Source: Octopus sinensis (taxonomy: Eukaryota). From it: DNA of 64,000 nucleotides. Shown here piece after piece: positions 26,615 through 40,065 of this stretch. Where the stretch lies: positions 16,876,464 to 16,940,463 of the forward strand of contig NC_043011.1 of NCBI RefSeq assembly GCF_006345805.1, written 5' to 3'. Under the pieces are notes generated by a model. That model did no database searches, was not told where the DNA came from, and saw nothing but the letters and a program-made list of their open reading frames with translations. The translations under genes were made by a program, and so were the position numbers. The first letter of the stretch is position 1. Every line of letters begins with the position of its first letter.

Positions 26615-27121
26615 CACATAAGCATTGATAATTCACAGCAGTTGGATGAAATCCTCTGGTTTATTGGGCATGGACACATTGAAACTCCGACATCTGGCAG
26701 CTGACTTGGAAGAACCCATAAAATTATTAACCATCTTACAAGCAATAACTCTGAGCACCTTTTCAAACTCCACCTGTCTAACACTTGTGGACATGTTTAC
26801 AAAGTCAGAAAACAACACAGCTCCCATGACTTTTGGAAATAGTTTTTTCATGCTAAGAGTTGCTGAAGCATGGAACAGACTGCCGGCATATGTTGTTAGT
26901 TGTCAGAGCACTGCATCCTTCAAAGCTTTCTTGCTTCCTGAGATTTTCTAACACTACACCTGATTGTCTCCCGTCCATACACACGCAAATATGTATCTGA
27001 CTCGTACACTGTTCACTTTCCAGACATTTGTACATTACTGCATATGCTTTATACGCACTTTTGACATGTTGTGGTGCACCTGAGCACTGTATACAATAAT
27101 TTCATTATTATTATCATTATT

Positions 27122-27198
<77 letters not shown>

Positions 27199-27226
27199 CA
27201 TTATTATCATTAGTATTATTATTATT

Positions 27227-27257
<31 letters not shown>

Positions 27258-27280
27258 TATTATTATCATCATCATCATCA
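26615..27280 (-). other. Placeholder span note: see the plus-strand CR1 call for this interval
   Basis: The minus-strand ORFs 26633-26851 and 27049-27288 are antisense shadows of the CR1 fragment and the (ATT)n run; not independent features. Confidence 0.3.
26615..27280 (+). mobile_element. CR1/L2-group LINE 3' fragment with 3' UTR and (ATT)n tail
   Basis: LGMDTLKLRHLAADL...FFMLRVAEAWNRLPAYVVSCQSTASFK is typical of CR1 ORF2 C-termini (FF..RV...WN.LP..VV); followed by ~170 bp of (ATT)n/(ATC)n. Confidence 0.85.
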
Positions 27281-27283
27281 TGA

Positions 27284-27680
27284 GGCACAGGAGTGGCTGT
27301 GTGGTAAGTAGCTCTTGTTTACCAACCACATGGTTCCGGGTTTAGTCCCACTGCGTAGCACCTTGGGCAAGTGTCTTCTACTATGGCCTCGGGCCGACCA
27401 AAGCCTTGTGAGTGGATTTGGTAAACGGAAACTGAAAGAAGCCCGTCGTATATATGTATATATATGTGTGCGTGTATGTTTGTGTTTGTCCCCCTAGCAT
27501 TGCTTGACAACCGATGCTGGTGTGTTTATGTCCCCGTCACGTAGCGGTTCGGCAAAAGAGACCAACAGAATCAGTACTGGGCTTACAAAGAATAAGTCCC
27601 GGGGTCAAGTTGCTCGATTAAAGGCGGTGCTCCAGCATGGCCGCAGTCAAATGACTGAAACAAGTAAAAGAGTAAAAGAG
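27284..27680 (+). mobile_element. SINE family A, full length
   Basis: Head GGCACAGGAGTGGCTGTGTGGTAAG to tail AAGTAAAAGAGTAAAAGAG. Confidence 0.9.
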
Positions 27681-27685
27681 TATGA

Positions 27686-27732
<47 letters not shown>

Positions 27733-29934
27733 GATGCTGGTTTTAGGCCTACTTATACATGATGGCTAATAATGTGTTGAGCAGCACCCTTGTATAGCCG
27801 GTTGGTTAACCCTAGTCATTACTACATAAGGTGGCACTTGAACATAGAATGCAAAGAACCAGAATAGGCATCATAAGGCATCTGTTCAGCACTAACTATT
27901 CTGCTAATCCACTGCAACTAGAATGGCAGTTTATTTATCAACTTGAAATGGATGGAAAGCAAAGTTAGTCTCCATGGGATTTGAACACCGGAGGCTGCAA
28001 TGAATACAAGTGGCATAGTGGGATATTTAATAATGAGACGACTCTCAACTTGCTGCCTGTGTATAAATGAATGTGTACACACTCACACACACACACACAC
28101 AAACACACATACACACATACACACACACACAAACACACATGCACACACATGCACATACACACTGAACCTTCACCTCCATATCATTTGACCATCTTCCAAT
28201 TTTGAATATCCTTTCAAAAGCTCTTTAATTCTGAGTCATTAACCCTGTCATCATTTTGAATTAGAATTTTGAAAACAAAGCCTGCAATTATTCATCTATG
28301 AAGAATTCCACTGCAAATGTTGACTCATTTTCATGACAAGAATCAGTAACTAATATATATACAATTAACCTAAAATTGTTTTTGCATTCCATATCTTACA
28401 GTTTTTTTTTTTGGTTTTTGTTTTTTTTTTAACATTATGAATATTTATGAGATGCTTAGAGAAATATATATAACATCTGCATCTTACTCTTAATTCATTC
28501 CTGATAAATTACAGTTGGTCTACTGAATACTGTGAACATTTTGATAAATTAATGTTTTTTTTTGTTTGTTTTGTTTAAATGTGATGCCAGATGGTCTACA
28601 ATCATAATATGGATAAACTTTCCAAAAAACTTTGGCTATATTATACAAAACTGCCATTATCACTTTGGTAACTGTCAGGCAGTTTCTTAGAATATTTCTC
28701 AAATTGTGTTATAATTCTTATATTCAACATCTCAGGCTGTTACACTTACAGACATTGTAGATCACAGCCGATAAAAGGCTAAGCAACTGATTGGCATGAA
28801 GTCAATTGGAAACAAACTCCAAAATCTGGCCTACAGATATGATGTACACTTTCTCTACCTTTCCTGCTGTTACAGCACCAGAGCAGGTTATTCTTGTGTC
28901 ACCTTTATTCAATTACTCCCAGCTCATATGTCAGTTATATTGATACCCTTTCTCAAGCTCCATCCTGCCAACAGCACCTTATTTTTATTTCATCAGACAT
29001 GAACTTTCTGGTATTCTCCTCTTATGCTTGTGTTCTTCCTACTGCTCTCAGATTTTATCTACTGCAGAGGAACATTGATGACACTGTGCTTAATGATTTT
29101 AAAGGGCCAAGAAATGCCATGGGCACAGCCCTCTTCTTTCAGATCAAATAGAAAGTTTTCACAACTATAACATCAGGGAATCTCGTTACAAGGAAAATAG
29201 GTAAAAAAAAAAAGAAAGATAATAAAAGAAAAGAAAGAAAATGAAAGATGTAAAAGCAGCAGAAAGTAGAGGGGAGAGATGGGCCACACACCCTGGAACA
29301 AATGGTGTGCTCAGCCATGCCCTGCAGTAATGACCGTAATGGTGTTGCTGTAATGAATGGCCAACAATACTCACTACAGCAGCAACTCATGGGGCTCATT
29401 TCTCATACAGGCCACCATCATTTCAATTTTGCAGAGGAAATCAGTAATGTGGGGTTCATGAAAATCTAACATCTCAACAGCAGACAATCAGGTCCCTGAA
29501 TTTATTGAATTTTCTTTCCTTCCCATGGCAGGTGGTGACACCTAGGTTTGTCCCTGATACTGCGAGGTTGGAACCAGAGAATACGTCACTGCATGTCATA
29601 TCTCAGACTAGGGATCGATCTCCCTTGAATGGGAAGAAGAGTATTCCAACAGGGCACTTCCTTTTTTCATCTTACTTTTTTTTGTTTCTTTGTAAATTGA
29701 TTTCATGATAATAAAGGTTCAATAGAACCATTATAACATAAATCCTTTATCTTTCTTTACAAACCTCCAAACATGCATCTATTGTTTTCTTTGGGCTTTA
29801 CTATTAATTTAAACTGATTTTGAATTCAGCTATTTTTAATAATGATCGTATACATTTATATTCAGAACCAAAAGTTGCATTTATCTCTCTATGAAAGTAA
29901 CTAATTGTTTTTTTACTCTGCCTTTTTAGCAAGC

Positions 29935-30285
29935 CATAGTGAATGGCAAAGTTTCCTGTCCCTCAGTTTGATAGTACTTACCTTTTTGAGTTCTAGGGTT
30001 ACATTCAAGAAATCAAACTTTTTTAAGTCATGAAAGACAGTTATAGTTATGTCAAATTCTTTGAAAATTCTTAAAACATTCTTCATGAACTTATCCATCG
30101 TACAACCAGTCATATGGCTTGAAATTGCCAGGCTGTCATCCCTGTTCATGCCTGAACTTGGTGGATGAGGTTGTACGTTTTATATTTTTAGAGTGTTCTG
30201 AAAAATAAACTGATTTTGCCAGTGACCTCAACCCCATTGTAGTTCCTCATGGATATGTCAGTCCCATAGATATATCTCTAATCCT
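29935..30285 (-). pseudogene. Penelope-like retroelement reverse transcriptase relic
   Basis: DISMRNYNGVEV (MGS.DGAE-like) followed by NRDDSLAI...KIF-like RIFKEFDITIT..LKKFDFLNVTLEL (YRDD and DFLDVTL motifs of Penelope RT). Confidence 0.7.
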
Positions 30286-30514
30286 TTAAAAAATTTTGTT
30301 TTACTTTACAGAAAAAATTGTGAAGCTGCTATCACTTCCTAGCTTCCATAATAGTTCTGATACTTAATACACTAATTTTGATGAATTGCCCACTAAAATC
30401 TTGGGCCTTTAGAGAAGAGGGATTTCAATATTGAAGGGTGTAAATATCTATGGTATCAAACTGGGTGAAATCGCAGGCTACTTTAGTTTTGTTACCATGG
30501 AAACAATTGACACG

Positions 30515-30729
30515 TGGAGGAATATTGCTGCGTGGTTAGGCTGCTGCCCTCAGGATTGCCAGACTGTAGGCTTGATTCCCAGACAAGGCAGCATGTTGTG
30601 TTCTTGAGCAAAACACTTCATTTCATATTGCTCCAGTGGGGTGGCATCATTCAATGGCTAAAATAATAGAAAGTACATTGTGACCAGTGATGTGTACCAA
30701 CATCTTGTAGTCTGCTTTGGTCATGTGAT
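30515..30729 (+). mobile_element. SINE family F, short variant
   Basis: Inverted partner of 26015-26229. Confidence 0.8.
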
Positions 30730-31419
30730 TATATATATATACATACATACACATTATAGAAGCACATAAATACATACAGATACGTTGCAACAACTCCACT
30801 GAATTAATTCTGTAGCCCTTCTGATACTAGAGTTGGTGGCACCAATATATTCTTACTTACAATATCCATCTTGTTCTTAGAGAGACTGATTCGCCTGTAT
30901 TTTAGTTAGCAAACATATTGCCCAAGGCAGAATTGTGTTCTTGAAGGCTAATATTACTTTTCACTGATCAGGAGACTGGTATAAAAATAGAAATTGTTGG
31001 TTTGATACAAGAATACTGGTTAATATAAAAATATTAATTTTGAAATATTGATTATTCATTTACTCCTCTACTAGTTCCAACCATTTTGCTGCGATACCGA
31101 GGTATTTCTATCATAAATGTCAATTTGTATATTTTAGGAACACACACAAGTTATTATTTTTAGCCTTCTTGAAGAACGGCTGCTGCAAAGTATAGTGCAA
31201 AATTTCCAAAGATAAACAGGACTATAAGTGACTATAAAGATAAAACTAAAATGTATAACAAGCCATGCTTATACCGAGACAGGGTATAACAACAAATGTT
31301 GATTAGAATAGCAATAAAAAAAAAAGAAGTTTTTTGCTAATACTAATCATTGCATTGTGGAATAGATCTAGTGTTTATATTCAGATAAGTTAATTATATT
31401 CACTTATTGAATTATATGT

Positions 31420-31455
31420 GAGTGTGTATGTATGTATATATATATATAATATATA

Positions 31456-31495
<40 letters not shown>

Positions 31496-31510
31496 GTGTA
31501 TATATATATA

Positions 31511-31543
<33 letters not shown>

Positions 31544-31579
31544 AATTAGAATAAAATCACTTTTTATTCCCTGATATTA

Positions 31580-31618
<39 letters not shown>

Positions 31619-31633
31619 TATTATTATTATTAA

Positions 31634-31668
<35 letters not shown>

Positions 31669-31725
31669 TATTATTATTATTATTATTATGTATATATATA
31701 TATTATATATATATATATACACGCA
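31420..31725. repeat. (TA)n and (ATT)n microsatellites
   Basis: Direct inspection. Confidence 0.95.
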
Positions 31726-32290
31726 CACATATGCACTATAAAATTCAATGAGAAAATTTTCTTTCTTTTCATTAACGAAGCAGGAATTTCTCAGATAAAC
31801 TTTACAGGCCATTCAAAACTATTGAGATTGGGACTTGATGTTTGGCTTGAACATCTACAAGTCAACAATTGCCATTCAATGTTTGTAAAGATAACGGAGA
31901 ATTGTCCTGAGAATTTAGCATTAGAAGATTTGATTTCTGTCTTTGATATTGATTTCTTACATTAAAAAAGCCACATGTTTGTTAGAGATATGTAAAGAGT
32001 ATTGAATTGACCCAATAAAAGTATTGAAAGTACAACTAATGCATTATCATGTATATGACTTGCCTACCAGGCTAAAGAGACAAGCATGTTTATGAGTTTA
32101 CAAGTTTATTCTCAACTATTTAGTTTTAGGTTTGGTCTCACTGAATGCAGCTTAGGCAAAATACTTCTATTAGAGTCACGGGTTGACCAAAGCCTAGTGA
32201 GTGTGATTTAATAGTCACAAACTATATGCTCTTGTTCTTCAAAAGCAGACTTACTTCATAACCCAGTTTAACACCACTATATAGCCGTAA

Positions 32291-32595
32291 GTGGAGACAC
32301 ATGGCCTAGTGGTTAGAGCAGAGGACTTGCGGTCGAGGGATCGCGGGTTCGAATCTCAGACCGAGCGATGTGTGTGTTTATGAGCGAAAACACCTGAGCT
32401 CCACGCGGCTCTGGCAGAAGGTAATGGCAAACTTCTGCTGACTCTTTCGCCACAACTTTCTCTCACTCTTTCCCCCTGCATCTTGCAGCTTACCTGCGAC
32501 GAACCAGCATCCCATCCAGGTGGGGAATCTATATGCCAGAAACCGGGAAACTGGCCCTTATGAGCCAAGCATGGCTCAAAAAGGAACAAACAACA
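32291..32595 (+). mobile_element. SINE family D, full length
   Basis: A box TGGCCTAGTGG, B box GGTTCGAATC, AAC-rich tail; flanked by direct repeat ATATAGCCGTAAG. Confidence 0.9.
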
Positions 32596-33225
32596 TATAG
32601 CCGTAAGATATTTCAGAAGAGTACATTTCATTACAAGCAACAGGGCCAGGTTTCTGGTTTAAGAATAACTTCACACTTTCCTTTCAAAAATCTTGGAAGG
32701 TGCTGGTGGTGATGGTGGTGGTGGTGGTGGTGGTGGTGGTGAAGTATATTAGCAGTAGTGATGGTAATAGTGTGGTGATACTATTGATATTTTTACTAAT
32801 AATGATATATTGATAGTAATGATAATGATTATGATAATAAAAAATTGTTAACATTTAAAAAGAGATAAGCTGAATAATCAAATTCAGTACTTGATTGGTT
32901 TTTTATTTTATCAAGATTGGAAGGCTGAAAACAAACTTGATATCATCATGATACAAATTCAGTAAAAAGAAGTGACACAACTAAATATCACATGCTGATA
33001 TAATTTTGTATCATGTGTAGTAAAAATTATTTATAAATGTTCAATTTTTCAACATCTTGAACATGATAAATCACCTCTAACACACACATGTATACACACA
33101 TGCATACACGTGCACATGCATGTGTGCATACATGCACACGCACAACTATTAGGACAAACTTTACTGTGGCAGTTACCATGAGAGAAACTCTCACATTGGC
33201 ATTTTGGTGCAAAAATGCACTCTCT

Positions 33226-33628
33226 CTTTACTCTTTCTCTCTTTTACTTGTTTCAGTCATTTGATTGCGACCATGCTGGAGCATCGCCTTTAGTCGAGCA
33301 AATCGACCCCAGGACTTATTCTTTGTAAGCCCAGTACTTATTCTATCGGTCTCTTTTGCCGAACCGTTAAGTAACGGGGATGTAAACACACCAGCATCGA
33401 TTGTCAAGCAATGCTAAGGGGACAAACACAGACACACAAACACACACACACATATATATATACATATATACGACGGGCATCTTTCAGTTTCCATCTATGA
33501 AATCCACTCACAAGGCTTTGGTTGGCCCAAGGCTATAGTAAAAGACACTTGCCCAAGATGCCACGCAGTGGGACTGAACCCGGAACCATGTGGTTGGTAA
33601 GCAAGCTACTTACCACACAGCCACTCCT
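33226..33628 (-). mobile_element. SINE family A
   Basis: Full body in reverse orientation. Confidence 0.9.
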
Positions 33629-35282
33629 AACTCATGTTAGTTGTATTGGTAAAGATGGCAGCAAATAAGCAATCATTAAATCTCTGATAGAATATAGAGT
33701 AGTTGTCATTCTAACCATCTGTACTTATCAACATCATCATTTTAACATTCTTTTTTCCCTACTCGCATGGGTCACAAAGAATTTGTGGAGAGAGATTTTC
33801 CATGGTCAGATGCTCTTCCTGTCAACAACTTTCACATGTTTCCAAGCAAGGTAATATTTCCCTGTGGCCGGACATGTTTTCATGGAAGACTGGAAATGAA
33901 TGGCACCATTTGCATGATGGTGATACAACTGATGTCAAGTCAAAGAGACACAAGTACAAATGCACACACACACACACACACACACGCGCATACTCACACA
34001 CACACACATACACACACACTCACACATACACACACACATACACACACACACTCACACACACATGCACATACACACATGCACATACACACACACACACGCA
34101 GACACACATGTTGATACGATGGGTTCATTCAGTTTCCACTTACAAAATCCACTCACAAGGTTTTGCTCACCCCAGGGTTGTAGCTGAAGACCCTTTTCCA
34201 AATTATAAACCAGTAACCATCAAATCATGCAAGCTTACTCCAATTTTTTGGTCACAAAATCCACTCACAAGGATTTGGTCGGCCTGAGGTTATATAGGTG
34301 AAAACACTTCCCCAAAGTGTCATGCAATGGGACAGAACTCAGGACCATGTGTTTGAGAAGCAAGCTTTTTACTATGCAGCCATGCCCAAGGTGTCACACA
34401 GTGGGACTAAACCTAAAAGTACAAGAGAAGAGAAGGCGACCTCTTAACCATACAGCCATACCATATTCAATGTTTTTTTAACACAAATTTATCTTTTAAA
34501 TACACTATTTCAAATGAAGTTAAAATGAATGGGTGAAGCAATTATTATTTTTTTTTCCATTTTAATTATATTTCATCTCTATATACTTTATCTATTCTTT
34601 CAGAATTTCAGTATTCTATTCAGATTCTGTTCGATGCCAAAAAAAAAAAAATGTATTACCTAATTTTCATTGATGCTGTACTCTACATTAATCGATTTTA
34701 GAATGTTCACATTTTATTAAATTTTATACTGTTTCTTTCATTTGTATTAAAGTTTTTAATCTGAAGAAACATTCTTATCAGTTTTCCACCATGAATATAT
34801 ATATTTGTTTATCTCTTATATATTTTAACAATTCTATGTTATTTCTTATTTATTTATAATTTTCATTTACTATTTGCAAAAATTTATAATTAAAATAGTA
34901 TTTAATTTTTCTTTTTAATTTTGCAAACTTTCTATTTTATTTCAAGAAATGAATTTCAAAATGTTTGTAAAATGCCCAAGAGTCTATTCTTTTTATTTTA
35001 ATATCACCTGGCTTCACTGCGTAAAGTTGCTCAGTGACAATCATTAATATGATATAAAAGCTGAAAATAATTGAAAACAAAAATAGTAGGTGACCTACAG
35101 CGACTGCTACTACTGTCAAAAAAATTATATGCTTAAATAAAGACAGATTAAGTGACTTTAGTTTGCGGTTCTTAATCATGTGTCCATTCCTATTATTAGG
35201 CTCTAATTTTACCACAGTTGCTTTGGATAACAATTACTTTAGCATAATATTTTAGATTTGTGGAGGTTAAAGAAAATATGAG

Positions 35283-35697
35283 GGACCTTTTCGGTTTGAA
35301 CGGCAGTTTTTTCTAGCGGTGTCATATGAAATTGTCACCCATAATTATTACCCTAGTATTGATCTCTTTTAAGGTTAGGGTTAGGGTTAGGGTTAGGGGT
35401 GGGGGAAGGGTATCTATTTTTTCTTCACAAATGTAAATAAATCCAATCTGTTTCTTAAACGAGGGACATATTCATACGGCACAGAATGATTTTTAACTCA
35501 ATAGACATCACTGATTGGTTGAAATTGCAGAAATTGAAGAAAAATAAACAACAAATATCTTACAAACTATAGAATTTTCTCAATAAAGCCAAGAGAAAAA
35601 GATGTTTTATAAACATATTCTACCAGTATACGAAGTTTAAAATTTTTTAGTTAGCTAGAAATTATGTTAAAAACTGCCATTCAAACCAAAAAGATCC
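35283..35697 (+). mobile_element. GGATC MITE, copy 2
   Basis: TIRs, internal (TTAGGG)x3-4, TSD AATATGAG at 35275-35282 and 35698-35705. Confidence 0.9.
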
Positions 35698-35921
35698 AAT
35701 ATGAGGCCACGATGGCTTGCAGTCTTGATAAACATCATCTATAACAAAATAAAACCTGTAATTTCTTAATTAAGTGTAAAAATTTGTATGTTATGAAGAA
35801 ATGAAAATGGTAAGCTAAGTGCAGGAACCATATGTTTGATAACAGCATAATTAGCTGACAGGGCAAGTTTGAAACTAGGGACTGAAAGCAGATTTCAAAA
35901 CAGACTTGAGTTTTGATATGC

Positions 35922-35925
<4 letters not shown>

Positions 35926-35955
<30 letters not shown>

Positions 35956-36330
35956 TGTTTAATGTCCGCTTTCCATGCTAGCATGGGTTGGACAGTTCGA
36001 CTAGGTCTGGGAAACCAGGAGGCTGCACCAGGCCCAGTCTGATCTGGCAGTGTTTCTACAGCTGGGTGCCCTTCCCAACCACTCCGTGAGTGTAGTGGGT
36101 GCTTTTTATGTGCCAGGCAAGGCTGGCAACGGCTACGATTGGTTGGTGCTTTTTACGTGCCACCAGCACAGAGGCCAGTCAGGGCGGCACTGGCAACAGC
36201 CACGTTCGGATGGTTCTTTCACGTGCGACCGGCACTGGTATCACAACTACAATTTCCATTGATTTTTGAGCGATTTCGATTTCGATTCTGATTTCACTTG
36301 CCTCAACAAGTCTCCACAAGCAGAGGTCTT
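35926..36330 (-). mobile_element. SINE family E
   Basis: (CAT)n followed by the same body as 23217. Confidence 0.8.
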
Positions 36331-37099
36331 CATAAGCAGTGAGGTCTTCGTAATCAGATAGATTATAATAAGTATTATATTTTTCATGAAGCATGGAGAG
36401 AAAATAGGGAAGATGCCACATCATGTGTTCCTAAAGGATGCATATAATGCTAATGATCATGATAATAATTTTAAACACAGCAGCTAAACTCCAATGTTTT
36501 TAATGCATGGGTCTGTGTGTGTGTATGAACGTCTGTTTACAATTCATTTTATTCCTATTACTTTTTATAATTATTTTAACAATAATCGAAGGGCTTGAAT
36601 TGCCTCGGTGCATTTACTAACTTTCCTTTATATTCAGATATCAAATCCCAATGGGGCTCATTTAGCCTTTCATTTTACTGGGAGTAGTAGGGATGGGGAA
36701 CAAACTAAATACCAATCAATAATTCTATTGATTGAATCAACAACACCACCTCCTCCCTACCTCTTATATCTTTGTGAACTTGAACCAAAGTCAGCACTTC
36801 ATATTGTAATTAGAGTATTAAATATTGTATTTCATGTATATTATTGTATATTATTGTTGTTGAAATGCAACAGTTGTTGTTTGGCCCCAGTGGAGTCCTA
36901 ATTGAATGAGTAAATAAATCTATGATCAAGGATGCATTGTTGATATGATAGCTTCCATACATTTTGCAGTATTTTTGCAAAGAATGACAATAAAATGAAT
37001 TTAATCTTGTAGTTTAATAGATTTTTTTCTTTTTCATGTAAATTTCATTTTATAGATAAATTATACTTTACATATACTTCAGCTAAAATCTCGAGTATA

Positions 37100-37276
37100 G
37101 GCACAGGAGCGGCTGTGTGGTAAGTAGCTTGCTTACTAACCACATGGTTCCGGGTTCAGTCCCACTGCTTGGCACTTTGGGCAAGTGTCTTCTATTATAG
37201 CCTCAGGCCGACCAAAGCCTTGTGAGTGGATTTGGTAGGCGGAAATTGAAAGAAGCCTGTTGTATATATCTATATG

Positions 37277-37311
<35 letters not shown>

Positions 37312-37505
37312 TTGTCCCCCCAGCATTGTTTGACAACTGATGCTGGTGTGTTTGCGCCCCCGTAACTAAGCAGTTCGGAAAAAGAGAACAATAGAATAAG
37401 TGCTGGGGTCGATTTGGTCAACTAAAGGCGGTGCTCAAGCATGGCCGCAGTCAAATGACTGAAACAAGTAAAAGAGTAAAGAAAGTATAAAAAAAAAGTA
37501 AAAGA
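37100..37505 (+). mobile_element. SINE family A
   Basis: Head to tail, with a small internal deletion. Confidence 0.9.
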
Positions 37506-37582
37506 GAAATATGAAACTAGAAATATAGAAATACTAATGAAGCCAGTTCAGAGAACCTTTTTGCTGTGTGTATTAACAGAGA

Positions 37583-37622
37583 CTAGCACTATGACCCGGC
37601 GTTGCCGGGACATAGTGCTAAG
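37583..37622 (-). mobile_element. Helitron 3' terminus (hairpin plus CTAG)
   Basis: Reverse complement TAGCACTATGTCCCGGCAACGCCGGGTCATAGTGCTAG followed by T; matches the 3' end at 55151-55190. Confidence 0.7.
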
Positions 37623-38055
37623 GCTTGTTGTTCGGTGCTGGATCACAATGAAAATCGTTCAGTAAATCAAGAGCTAAGTTTCTTATCAGATTTCATCCTG
37701 GGCCAGTTTTGTTGCTTTTGAGCTAGCTAGAGGTTTATATGAGGGGTTTGTAAATTTTGGTGCACATATTAAAAGCTGCTGTGTTACAGCCACTCTCTGA
37801 TAGGTTTAAGGTCAAGCTTGTGGCATTTGAGACCTCCAGCATTCTTGGCCCCCAGACCACATCCCTGTTCACCACTATCAGAGCAGAAATTATTGAGTGC
37901 AAGTGCTAACTCTGTGAGTCAGAATGGCTGTTCCAGAACATCTCCCTCACTATCCTCTGGGGCAATGCTGTTTCCATTTTTCCTACAGGTGCCATGAGAA
38001 ATGTTGGACTATGATAGAAGAATAAAGTTCTATATTTAAGAGATGAGGAATTATG

Positions 38056-38217
38056 TACATTATTTACATTGTTCACATTATTTACATTCGACGGATATTG
38101 GTCCTCATATTGTTTGTTGTTAACGCAATGTTTCAGCTGATATACACTCTAGCCTTCATCAGGTGTTTTGACAAATATCCGTCGAATGTAAATAATGTAA
38201 ATAATGTAAATAATGTA
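38056..38217 (-). mobile_element. Short Penelope-type terminal repeat: 44-bp inverted arms enclosing a degenerate minimal hammerhead ribozyme
   Basis: Arms 38056-38099 and 38174-38217 (2 mismatches); minus strand ACAC-CTGATGA-AG-GCTAGAGTGTATATCAGCT-GAAAC-ATT-GCGT. Confidence 0.65.
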
Positions 38218-38629
38218 TGATAGAAGAAAGTGGCCTTTATTTCTGTATTTCTTGAAATAGCCAGTATGTCCATTCTGCTTTCTAGAAAGTTAACGGTTGC
38301 TGTTCCAAAGGGATGACAATGAAACCTGGATAAATGTTTAAAAAGCTTAGGTTAAAATCAAAAACAAAAAAAACATTCATTATCACATTGCTTGTTGCTG
38401 TGATGGTACCCTTGATGGTGTGGCGGTGGTGGTGGTTGGAAGTGTTTGCTCTGTTGCTGCTGCTGCTGCTGCTGCTGCTAATGTTGGCAGTCATGATTGT
38501 ATCATGTCAAAGCAGGTGAGAGAATTAAAACAAGTTAGCTCTCTTTGTTGTCAAAACAACAAAGAGCTACAGATAAAATATTCTGGCAAAATAGCGATTG
38601 ATATCCTTTCAACTCAGTCTCATATACAC

Positions 38630-38782
38630 ACATATGTATATGTTACATTTTATATATGTGCATGCATGTATGTGTATGTATGTGTGTGTGTGTGTATATA
38701 TATGTATATATATATATATTTATGTATATATGCATACATATATATGTATATATGTATATATGTATGTATATATATATATGTA

Positions 38783-38818
<36 letters not shown>

Positions 38819-38978
38819 TATATATATGTATATATGTATGTATATATATATATATATATACATAAATATATATATATAATTGTGTATATATATATATATA
38901 TGTATATATGTATATATATATATATGTATATATGTATGTATATATATATATATATATACATAAATATATATATATAAT

Positions 38979-39013
<35 letters not shown>

Positions 39014-39100
39014 ATATATATATGTATATATGTATGTATATATATATATATATGTGTGTATGTGTGTGTGTGTGTATGTATGCACACACACACACACAAG
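38630..39100. repeat. Compound (TA)n/(TATG)n/(TG)n microsatellite
   Basis: Direct inspection. Confidence 0.95.
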
Positions 39101-39621
39101 CAAAATCAAACACATACACAAGATATGTGTTGTATTGGTTCATGGGTCAGCAGCGGTCGTTAGTCATAACAGTATATATTCTCTATGCACCTGGTGTAAA
39201 AACAACTTGAAAGTAAGTCATAGTCAAGTGAGACAACTCACACAAGTCCCTTCTCAGAGTGACAGACATTGATATTTAACCATTGTTGTCACTTATTTGA
39301 ATGTGCATGTGTGTGTGTGTATAAACAGTAAACTGGAAAATTTTGGTATTTTTTATTCCATCCGACATATGTTTCTTTACCAATAGGAGCTACTTCAGTA
39401 TACATGTGGAAAAACTATAATAAATGTCCCACTAGTAATTCACATATGGATCATAGTATCTAAGGATATACTTTGAATAACTGGAATATGCAAATATACA
39501 TCATGGGGATACAGCATAGATTATAAGCCTATACACACACACACACATACACGTGCATGCATGCACACACACACACACACAAACACACACACTATCTTTT
39601 ATTTTCCATTATTAATTTGTT

Positions 39622-39828
39622 TCAGTCATGTGACTGCAGCCATGGTGGGTTACTACCTTGAAGAATTTTAGTGGAAATTATCAACCCTAGGACTTATTAG
39701 TTTTTGTAAAGCCTAGAACATATTCTATTGGTTTCTTTTGCTGAACTGCTAAGTTACAGGTATGTAAAGATACCAATGGCAGTTGTTCAGTGGTAGTCTG
39801 GGACAAACACATATACATACATATATGT

Positions 39829-39869
<41 letters not shown>

Positions 39870-40065
39870 GAAATACATATAGATAAATAAATAAATACAT
39901 ACACACACACACAAACACACGGCAGATTTCTTTCAGTTTTTGTTTATGAAATCCACTCACTAGGCTTTGGTCAGCCCAAATCTAAAGTAGAAGACTCTTG
40001 CCCATGGTGCCACACAGAAGGACTGAACCTGGAACTATGTGGCTGTGAAGCAAGCTTCCTATCAC
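39622..40065 (-). mobile_element. SINE family A, diverged
   Basis: Recognisable 3' and 5' halves around a TA/CA core. Confidence 0.75.

Noticed and set aside
30861-30894. Possible 34-nt minus-strand exon (RISLSKNKMDI) with CAG acceptor and GTAAGT donor
   Set aside because: No polypyrimidine tract, no recognisable homology and no partner exons; needs RNA-seq.
31741-31965. Stop-free 74-codon plus-strand frame (…NEAGISQINFTGHSKLLRLGLDVWLEHLQV…)
   Set aside because: No clear splice sites or start codon and no family I recognise; a length that can arise by chance.
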